Origin: a bacterium
GTDB lineage: Bacteria; Chloroflexota; Chloroflexia; Chloroflexales; Kallotenuaceae
Assembly (NCBI GenBank): GCA_016781505.1
Contig: JADDQF010000064.1
Location: 3,292 to 67,291, forward strand
Direction: 5' to 3'
Length of the DNA stretch: 64,000 nt
Shown: positions 56,789-64,000 of the stretch, piece by piece
Layout of the letters: each line of letters starts with the position of its first letter
Position numbering within the stretch: the stretch's first letter is position 1
Program-made: the position numbers and the translations under genes
The notes under the pieces: model-generated
What the model was told of the DNA's origin: nothing
The model's database searches: none
What the model saw: the letters and a program-made list of their open reading frames with translations, nothing else

Positions 56789-59734
56789 TCAGTTTGGCGG
56801 CAAAAGCCGGCTGGCGGGGATGATTTCCTTGGCTTGGCTGGGGCTGGACCAGGCCAAGCGGGCGACAGCGCCGCTGCTCTGCTCATAGTATTCGAGCTTG
56901 ATGGTGTACTTCTGGCCAGCAGTGAGGGTGATCTGACCCTGGTTCTCGCGGGCGGCGTGGCTGGTCCAGTCGTTGACCACCTGCTGGCCGTTGACCCACA
57001 GCCGCGCGCCGTCGTCGTTGGTGGTGTAGAAGGTGTAGGTTTCGGTGTAGCGCGGCACGACATAGCCCTGCCAGCGCACCGAGAAGCTGTCCACGCCGAT
57101 GCTCGCGTTGGGCGACCCACTGCCCCAGTTGAAGTTGACGGTCGGGTCGGTCCGCGTCAGCTTGAGGCTGGTAAAGTCCATGTTGTCGTAGTAGCGTCCG
57201 GTCAAGCCGTTAGCCGGGTAAAGCCGGCTGGCGGGGATGATTTCCTTGGCTTGGCTGGGGCTGGACCAGGCCAAGCGGGCGACAGCGCCGCTGCTCTGCT
57301 CATAGTATTCGAGCTTGATGGTGTACTTCTGGCCAGCAGTGAGGGTGATCTGACCCTGGTTCTCGCGGGCGGCGTGGCTGGTCCAGTCGTTGACCACCTG
57401 CTGGCCGTTGACCCACAGCCGCGCGCCGTCGTCGTTGGTGGTGTAGAAGGTGTAGGTTTCGGTGTAGCGCGGCACGACATAGCCCTGCCAGCGCACCGAG
57501 AAGCTGTCCACGCCGATGCTCTCGCTGGGCGACCCACTGCCCCAGTTGAAGTTGACGGTGGGGTCGGTCCGCGTTAGCTTGAGGCTGGTAAAGTCCATGT
57601 TGTCGTAGTAGCGTCCGGTCAAGCCGGTGCCGGTACCAATCGCCGTGTACCTGGCGGTGTAGGTGGCGGCAGACGACGGGGTGATAATCTTGTGCGCGGC
57701 AGCACCTCCATCGGACCAACCAGCAAATACGTAGGTGCGGTCCAAAGTATCGGTCTGGGCAGGGGCGTTGACGTTGAGGGGGTAGCCCTCCCACGACGTC
57801 AGCGTGGTCGGCGCGGTCAGCTTCGTTCCATTCACCTCAAGCTTCAAGCCTGTTGGGTTTGTTGCAAACGCAACGTCAACCTGCTTCGGCAGCAAGTCTT
57901 GCTTGACGACACTCGATAAGCCCTTCGAGTCCGTGGCTGTAAGCTGAATCTCAAGATAGCTGTTCTTGGTTGCCGCTAGATCTTCCGGTCCCGGTGCCGT
58001 GAATGTAACGTTGTTGCCGATTGTTGGCCCGAGAAAGGGATGGGTGTGGGTATCATGATGCAGCAGCACCGTCCAGCTCAGGCTCGAGTCCGGCAGGGTG
58101 CCATCCTGGGCGTCGCTCGCGCTGCCTTGCAACGTGATTGTTTGACCGGCACGGAAGCGCGTGCTTGCCGTTGGAGCGGTAATCGTCGGCGTCGGGGGCG
58201 TGTTGCCTACATTAATGCGGACGGTCGCCGCAGCAGTCGTACCTTGGTCGTCGCGCACCCGCAGCGTTGCGGTGAAAGTGCCCCCACTTGCATAGGTATG
58301 CGTGGTCTTGGCGCTGGCGACCCTGGCCGAACCGTCTCCAAAATCCCACTCATAGGTCAGCGGATCACCATCGGGATCGCTGCTGCCGCTGCCATCGAAC
58401 GAGACGGTCAATGGAGCGGGACCAGTGGTTGGATTGGCGGCGGCAACCGCAACGGGTGCACGATTATCCGTCCCGGTGTAGGCAATGCGCCGCACCTCTC
58501 CGCCGTTCGCATAGGTAGTGTAATAGAGCGCTTTGGTGGTGGTGTGGGGCCCAAAGATCATCGTGACGGCGCTGCTCGATCCCAGGCCGGTCACGAACTC
58601 AGCCGCCGTGTAGCCGCCGCCGGCTTTGGCCGCGAGCTTAAAGATTTTGCCGCAGACGTAGTCGCCGTACAGGTAGGTGTTGTCGTAATCCGCAGGCCAG
58701 ACTCCGTTCGGCACGAATGCGCCACCCGTAATCGACTCACACCCCGCGTTGTGACCATAGGTGTAGCTTGGGTTAGTCATGCCCGCGGGTGGCGTACCAC
58801 AATTGCTCGTCGAGCCGTTAACACACAAGCCTTCCCGTACGTTCCAGCCATAGTCCGCGCCCGCCTGTCCGAGATTGATCTCCTCCCACAAATTTTGCCC
58901 GACATCGTTGACGAAAAAGCGGGTGCCGGCACTGTTGGGATCGAACGCCATGCGGAAAGGATTGCGCAGGCCCCAGGCAAACGTTTCTTGGCACTTCTTG
59001 CCCGTGTCAGTGCGGCCAGTCGTATTGCAGCGAGCGCTATCTGTGCCTTGAAACGGATTGGTTGAAGGAATCGCGCCGTCTTTGGTGATGCGCAGAATCT
59101 TGCCCAGAAGGATATGCTGATCGCGGGCCGCGTCGTTGTTGCCCGCGCACTGCGTTTTATCCAGGTAATCGCAGCCGCCATCGCCAATGCTGATGTAAAG
59201 CAAGCCATCTTTGCCGAAGTGGAGGTCGCCGGCGTTATGGATGCCACTGGGCGATGGAATGTTATCCACCAGCACCCGTTCGGTTGCGGGATCCACACTA
59301 TTGTTGTCGGACAGGGTGAAGCGCGAAACACGGTTGACGGGGCTCTTGGTTGTGTTGTACTCACACACCCCGAATTTGTTGAAGGTGTAGTACAAATAAA
59401 TGTACCGCGTAGTGGCGAACGCCGGATCAACCGCGACGCCGAGAATGCCACGCTCCCGACCGTTGCAAAGCTTGCCGGTAAGATCGAGCGCGGCCGGTGT
59501 GAGCAGAACTCCCTGCTTATGCACATGGAGCACGCCGGTTTGCGATGAAATCAGCAGACGGCCATCCGGAGTGAAGGCAAGCGCGGTCGGATAAGGAACT
59601 GTCGCTACGAGCGTGTCGGCGAAGTCAGGGGGTAACGTCGCTGCTCCAAGGGCCGGCGTGCTGCGCCACAAGATGGAAAACAACACGCTCAGGATAACCA
59701 AAGCGAACGTGGGCAGTAGTACGCGCCGTCGCAT
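56789..59734 (-). CDS. Secreted PQQ-dependent sugar dehydrogenase (GSDH) + PKD + two PA14 domains
   Basis: ERGILGVA, HNAGDLHFGKDGLLYISIGDG, AWGLRNPFR, SDPDGD.LTYEWDFGDG (PKD), two NDDGARLWVNG domains. Confidence 0.9.
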   Translation of the reverse strand: MRRRVLLPTFALVILSVLFSILWRSTPALGAATLPPDFADTLVATVPYPTALAFTPDGRLLISSQTGVLHVHKQGVLLTPAALDLTGKLCNGRERGILGVAVDPAFATTRYIYLYYTFNKFGVCEYNTTKSPVNRVSRFTLSDNNSVDPATERVLVDNIPSPSGIHNAGDLHFGKDGLLYISIGDGGCDYLDKTQCAGNNDAARDQHILLGKILRITKDGAIPSTNPFQGTDSARCNTTGRTDTGKKCQETFAWGLRNPFRMAFDPNSAGTRFFVNDVGQNLWEEINLGQAGADYGWNVREGLCVNGSTSNCGTPPAGMTNPSYTYGHNAGCESITGGAFVPNGVWPADYDNTYLYGDYVCGKIFKLAAKAGGGYTAAEFVTGLGSSSAVTMIFGPHTTTKALYYTTYANGGEVRRIAYTGTDNRAPVAVAAANPTTGPAPLTVSFDGSGSSDPDGDPLTYEWDFGDGSARVASAKTTHTYASGGTFTATLRVRDDQGTTAAATVRINVGNTPPTPTITAPTASTRFRAGQTITLQGSASDAQDGTLPDSSLSWTVLLHHDTHTHPFLGPTIGNNVTFTAPGPEDLAATKNSYLEIQLTATDSKGLSSVVKQDLLPKQVDVAFATNPTGLKLEVNGTKLTAPTTLTSWEGYPLNVNAPAQTDTLDRTYVFAGWSDGGAAAHKIITPSSAATYTARYTAIGTGTGLTGRYYDNMDFTSLKLTRTDPTVNFNWGSGSPSESIGVDSFSVRWQGYVVPRYTETYTFYTTNDDGARLWVNGQQVVNDWTSHAARENQGQITLTAGQKYTIKLEYYEQSSGAVARLAWSSPSQAKEIIPASRLYPANGLTGRYYDNMDFTSLKLTRTDPTVNFNWGSGSPNASIGVDSFSVRWQGYVVPRYTETYTFYTTNDDGARLWVNGQQVVNDWTSHAARENQGQITLTAGQKYTIKLEYYEQSSGAVARLAWSSPSQAKEIIPASRLLPPN
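56803..57626. repeat. Near-identical tandem duplication, 417-bp period
   Basis: 56803-57209 versus 57220-57626. I count about four mismatches by eye. Confidence 0.92.
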
Positions 59735-60152
59735 CCGTGCTTCCTCCTAAACCAGAGTTTGTTTTGGTTAGGCCGAACGTGGCAGGAATATGATTTGAGG
59801 TAAAAAGGTGTGATGCATGATACTGCTTCGGCGAGGCGGAAGCAAGCTCCTTGGTAAACTGGTTGCAGTACCTGTACGTGAGCGGGTTTTTTGTGTCGCG
59901 GCTGCGGTGCAAAGCGCTCGCTTCCCGCAGCGTACCCTTGGCTTCATGACGGGAAGCGTCAGAGCTGGGTCGTGGTTGGTTTCAGCGTGTCTAGCGTGAT
60001 CAGGGCGGCGACGTACCTGTCCCTCATCAGTGCTTGGGCCTCGGGACACATTTTGTGCCAGCTTCGCTCCAGCTTAGCCCGGGCCCAAGCCGTACCTCGT
60101 CGATGGAGCCAGGGGAGGGTATCGCTGTGCAATCAGGTAGGGCCCTGCATTA

Positions 60153-60168
60153 TGGCATGAGGAGTGCT
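60153..60168 (+). promoter_or_regulatory. Putative sigma-54 promoter
   Basis: TGGCAT-GAGGA-GTGCT has correct GG-N10-GC spacing and ends 35 nt before ATG 60204. Confidence 0.55.
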
Positions 60169-60203
60169 GTAATGCTGCTCAATGCGGCGGAAGGAGGCCT
60201 GCG

Positions 60204-60884
60204 ATGTCAACAATTGTCGGTTGGTTTGCAAGTGTGAGTCAAGCGCGACAGGCAATGCTGGATCTGCTCACCAGCGGCATCCCGCGGCAGAATATCAGTG
60301 TTGTTATTGGCACTGCCAACAGTGAGCGGACGCAATCAGCTGGTGTTGAGCCGCAGACTGGTACCGCAGAGGATAATGACGCAGAGGAGCGCATTCGGCC
60401 TAGCGACTTCGTCCACTCGCTCGCCGACGCTACCACGCTGACGCTCCCCGACATTGGCCCCGTGGTTGCCGGCGGCCACCTCGTCACCGCGCTCACCGAA
60501 CATAACAGTGGGACGGCCAATGGCGGCCTTGGTAGCGCCCTGATGCACATTGGTGTACCCGAGGATCAAGCTCGAACGTATGTGGCTGAGCTACGTCGTG
60601 GCGGCGGGCTGGTTGCCGTTCGCTCTGACGACGCTTGGGAATCGATTGTGCATGGCGTATTCCGCCATAGCGCCAACCCGTGGTTGCGCGAACAGGAGGA
60701 GCGGGGCGGTCCCACCCCAGCGCGCGAGTTGGAGTCCGAGGGCGACGCTGGGCCGATCAGTACGTCGATTGGCGCGTTGACGAGTGGGCTGGTGCCTGGC
60801 AGCTGGGGTGCAACTGATGCTGTCTTCGAAGACCAGGCCCGCCATACCGTTGATGACCAGCACGGGCGCGAACCGAGCTTGTAG
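60204..60884 (+). CDS. General-stress-protein-like (YflT-type) protein
   Basis: TIVGWF....A..A..DL...G....ISVV, PDIGPVVAGG, L..IGVPE..A..Y...LRRGG.LV.V. GGAGG RBS. Confidence 0.7.
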   Translation: MSTIVGWFASVSQARQAMLDLLTSGIPRQNISVVIGTANSERTQSAGVEPQTGTAEDNDAEERIRPSDFVHSLADATTLTLPDIGPVVAGGHLVTALTEHNSGTANGGLGSALMHIGVPEDQARTYVAELRRGGGLVAVRSDDAWESIVHGVFRHSANPWLREQEERGGPTPARELESEGDAGPISTSIGALTSGLVPGSWGATDAVFEDQARHTVDDQHGREPSL

Positions 60885-61108
60885 CCGCTGCGAAACGGGT
60901 ATGCCGGATCGGCGCAAGCGCCTTCACGGGGAACGGGACTCCTGCAGCGAGGCAAGTTCGCTGTGCTCCTTCATCTTGGTTTTGGCCAGACTCTACCAGC
61001 AGCCTGCGGAGGCTGATCAATCGATGTCGCGAAGGTCCGGTCGTCGTACGTGTGGCATGAGGATTCCGCAGTGCCTTGGGCGCCACCATTCCGACGGTCG
61101 CTTGGCAT

Positions 61109-61420
61109 CTACCACCCGGAATACCAGAAGCCTACGCAGCTAAATGGAAGGGCAGCCATCACCCCAAGGATGCCTGCCATCACGAGTTGTCCGCTTTTTC
61201 CTCCTTCTTGAGGCAAGCGCCCACCGATTAGACCGCCGATCAAGGCTGCCGGAGTTACAAGCAGCAGCACAGCCCCAAGGATAAGTAACTGAGCGCCCAG
61301 GCCTAAAGCGGGAGGATTGCCCATTAAGGCCGGAAAGATGACGAACCCAATTCCCAACGTGGCGCAAAGACCGGCCAGCCAGCCAACCAGGGCAAACTGC
61401 AAGGACGAGCGAATGGTCAT
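61109..61420 (-). CDS. Small three-TM hypothetical protein
   Basis: Three hydrophobic Gly-rich helices. AAGGA upstream. Confidence 0.6.
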   Translation of the reverse strand: MTIRSSLQFALVGWLAGLCATLGIGFVIFPALMGNPPALGLGAQLLILGAVLLLVTPAALIGGLIGGRLPQEGGKSGQLVMAGILGVMAALPFSCVGFWYSGW

Positions 61421-61666
61421 ACGCAACTGTTCCTTTGGGGTAATATTCCTGCTCCCATAATCGCGATGAACGGGAAACGGCCATGTCGCAAGGACGTTTC
61501 TGAGCGCCTGGGGATGCTCCGCCTACGCCGGGAAGATCTCTTCGCTCGCTGAGCATAACACGTAGCACCTGGGACAACGCGGTAGGTGTACAGCCCCTCG
61601 TCACAACCAGCGGCTCGTTCAAAGCGCGCCCAGGCATACGCCGGCCTTGCGCCACATGCCGTTCAG

Positions 61667-62845
61667 TTACCAGTTCGTCACCGAGCCATCGCGGCGGCGC
61701 CAATGTGGCGCTTCCCAAAATTGCCAAGTATGTGACTGAGCGAGCTGTTCATCAAACTCCACGCCCAGCCCGGGCGTGTCGGGCACAACAAAAACATTGT
61801 TCAGCAAACGCGGCTGCACCGGAAAAAGCAGGTCCGCATCATTGAGCCCGGATTGGCCGTAGTACAGATTCTCACTCTGCGTCACCCGCACTTCCTGCCA
61901 AGCAAAGTTTGGAACGGCGGCGGCAAATTGAATGGTGGCGGCCGTACAGATTGGCCCGAGCGGATTGTGCGGCATCAGATCGATGTAGTGCGCCTCTGCC
62001 CAGCCGGCTACTTTCATTGCCTCTGTAAAACCTCCCACATTGCAGATGTCCAGGCGCGCAAAGTCGGTTAAGTGGCGCTCGATGTACGGCAGGAACTGCC
62101 ATTTACTGCAGAACTCTTCGCCCACGGCGAAAGGAACCTGCGTGAGCCGTCGCAGAGCGGCATAAGCTTCGGGCGTTTCGTCGCGAATCGGCTCTTCCAG
62201 AAAGTCGAGCGTACCCGTGGGTAGCCGCTGGCAGAACGAGGCGGTTTCGGCGATGGATAAGCGATGGTGATAGTCAATCCCAAGGGTCAGTTCGCCACCG
62301 AGCGCCTCACGTACTTTGACCAGCCACTTTGCTGTGTACCCAATGCTTTCGCGCGGCTCCCATATGTCGGGCGTGTCCAATGGAGCGGGCGACAACGGCA
62401 TGGCTCGAATCACGCGCCAGCCATGCGACCACAAGAGCTGGACGCTTTCCAGCAGGTGCTCCCCGGTGCTGCCCCCGGCCGTGGCAAAGCACGGAATCGT
62501 GTCGCGGTGCTTCCCACCCAGCAATTGGTACACCGGTACTCCAAGTGTCTTGCCGACGATATCGTGCAATGCGATGTCGATGGCGCTCTGCGCTGCCAGA
62601 AGGACCCGTCCCCCCTCGAAGTACTGGCTGCGATACAGCTCTTGCCAGATGCGGCCGCGTTGCCGTGGATCTTTGCCGATCAGGAACTCGCGAAAATGCT
62701 TAAGCGCCCCCATCACCGCAAGCTCACGTCCACTTAGCCCGGACTCACCCAACCCGTAGACACCTTCATCCGTCTCCACCTTAACGACCAACTGGTTGCG
62801 ATTGCCGACCCACATCGGGTAGGACTTGATGTCGCTGATCTGCAT
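61667..62845 (-). CDS. Mandelate racemase/enolase superfamily sugar-acid dehydratase (galactonate dehydratase-like)
   Basis: VKVETDEG..GLGE, SAIDIALHDI.GK, IDYH, FLEEP, AVGE, PHNPLGP, PGLGVEFDE. Confidence 0.9.
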   Translation of the reverse strand: MQISDIKSYPMWVGNRNQLVVKVETDEGVYGLGESGLSGRELAVMGALKHFREFLIGKDPRQRGRIWQELYRSQYFEGGRVLLAAQSAIDIALHDIVGKTLGVPVYQLLGGKHRDTIPCFATAGGSTGEHLLESVQLLWSHGWRVIRAMPLSPAPLDTPDIWEPRESIGYTAKWLVKVREALGGELTLGIDYHHRLSIAETASFCQRLPTGTLDFLEEPIRDETPEAYAALRRLTQVPFAVGEEFCSKWQFLPYIERHLTDFARLDICNVGGFTEAMKVAGWAEAHYIDLMPHNPLGPICTAATIQFAAAVPNFAWQEVRVTQSENLYYGQSGLNDADLLFPVQPRLLNNVFVVPDTPGLGVEFDEQLAQSHTWQFWEAPHWRRRDGSVTNW

Positions 62846-63073
62846 ATTCCTCATCCTGATGCTGCTCGCCGAGGATATGATCGGCTTTGCCACAATGAAA
62901 GAAAGCGCTATGCTTCGAGGACTTGCTGCCGCCAACGCCGGCCGATGCGCGGCGCTGTGCAAGATCGAATGGTCTACGAACGTTGTGGGCGGAACTACGG
63001 AAGATATTAGGGCTGGCCACTGGCATCACCGCTCACTCAAGGCCGGCCGCCTCGCTGCGGGCGTAGAACCCTG

Positions 63074-63826
63074 TCAATGTCCGTCATGAAGGGACTTTGC
63101 ATCGGCCATCAGCACGCCGCTGAGCGCATCGTTCATGTGCGCCAGCATTAACAGTCGCGCCTGAGCCGCGTTCCGATCCCGCAGTGCTTCGGCAATCAGC
63201 AGGTGATAACGCACAGCCCGTGCGGTCATACCCGGTTCATGCGACGTAACCCTGCGGCTCACCAAGAACAAATCCTGTAAACTTTCCATGATCTGATACA
63301 GAACGGGGTTCCTGGCAATCTGCGTAATGCGGCGATGAAACTGCAGGTCCGGCTCGACAAAGTCCGAGCCTTGCCTGGCCTCTTCCTCCATGGTTTTCGC
63401 CAGCTGTTCAATTTCGGCCAGCTCCTCGTCCGTACCACGCTCAGCCGCGAGCGCGGCCAGCTCGGGCTCCAAAATGCGGCGGGCCTCAGCCAAGGCAACG
63501 ATCTCCTCCTGCGAAATCCGGTGAAAGTGGGCGTTAAGCTCGGCGGACGCGCGGGAACCTGTGACGAAGACGCCACGACCGTGTTCGATCTTTACCAGTC
63601 CAATCGACTGGAGCGAGCGTAGCGCCTCACGTACTGAGGCAGTACTAACTCCCATCTCGGCTGCAAGTTTTGTTATGCTGGGCAAGCGGGTACCCGGCAG
63701 CCATTCGCCCCGGCGGATACGATGCTTGATCTCTTCGGACACGACGTCAAAGACGTGCGTGCCAAGCTCAGCGTCTTGAACGTGCTGCGAACCGGGTGTT
63801 GTTAGCAGCTCTTGCTTGTAGTTCAT
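63074..63826 (-). CDS. FadR/GntR family transcriptional regulator
   Basis: PGTRLPS..LA..MGVS..SVREAL..L...GLV...HGRG and an FCD domain (D..FH..I). Confidence 0.92.
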   Translation of the reverse strand: MNYKQELLTTPGSQHVQDAELGTHVFDVVSEEIKHRIRRGEWLPGTRLPSITKLAAEMGVSTASVREALRSLQSIGLVKIEHGRGVFVTGSRASAELNAHFHRISQEEIVALAEARRILEPELAALAAERGTDEELAEIEQLAKTMEEEARQGSDFVEPDLQFHRRITQIARNPVLYQIMESLQDLFLVSRRVTSHEPGMTARAVRYHLLIAEALRDRNAAQARLLMLAHMNDALSGVLMADAKSLHDGH

Positions 63827-63884
63827 ACAATTTCAACCAGTCGTGTAGGCTGCTATTGCACATGACGCATCCACAACCTCTGCG

Positions 63885-64000
63885 CTATTCGAATGTAAGT
63901 TCCCAGATTGCCGTGCCATCACCATACTCCAATACGTACAGCCGGTTTTCGATCATCACCGCATCGATTGGATTTTTGAACTGGCGCGTCATCACCGTTG
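63885..64000 (-). CDS. C-terminal fragment of a CDS entering from the right edge (possibly a beta-propeller protein)
   Basis: Open frame TVMTRQFKNPIDAVMIENRLYVLEYGDGTAIWELTFE ending in TAG at 63887-63885. Confidence 0.55.
   Translation of the reverse strand, partial: TVMTRQFKNPIDAVMIENRLYVLEYGDGTAIWELTFE

Overview
GC-rich chromosomal window, most likely from a Chloroflexota (class Chloroflexia-like) bacterium. This is inferred from the protein families: a Tad locus without a secretin, a repeated 'FPET..ER.R.E.HP' secreted domain, a C-terminal 'FMPAIRR' tail and Gram-positive-type LexA boxes. It is mostly core and cell-envelope genes: partial mutS2, cvpA, a WYL regulator, a PhoPR-like pair, lon, a PspC/Lia-like module, rlmD, murA (Cys-to-Asp type), an NtrC-family activator, DUF58/DUF4129/DUF3048, several peptidoglycan hydrolases, glpX, rho, an orphan ParB-like gene, fabI, a Tad/Flp pilus cluster, a heterodimeric ABC exporter, a P450, a PQQ sugar dehydrogenase with a recently duplicated PA14 domain, an enolase-superfamily dehydratase and a FadR regulator. 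I found no rRNA, tRNA, CRISPR array, transposase or integrase. The most interesting signals are regulatory. (1) A consensus TTGACA-N18-TATAAT promoter has a GAAC-N4-GTTC SOS box in its spacer and lies upstream of a three-gene operon (membrane protein, GH73-like hydrolase, atypical M23 peptidase). (2) A second SOS-like palindrome lies in front of a membrane-anchored SH3 protein. (3) Sigma-54-type promoters precede small stress-like genes. All calls come from reading motifs by eye; no database searches were run.
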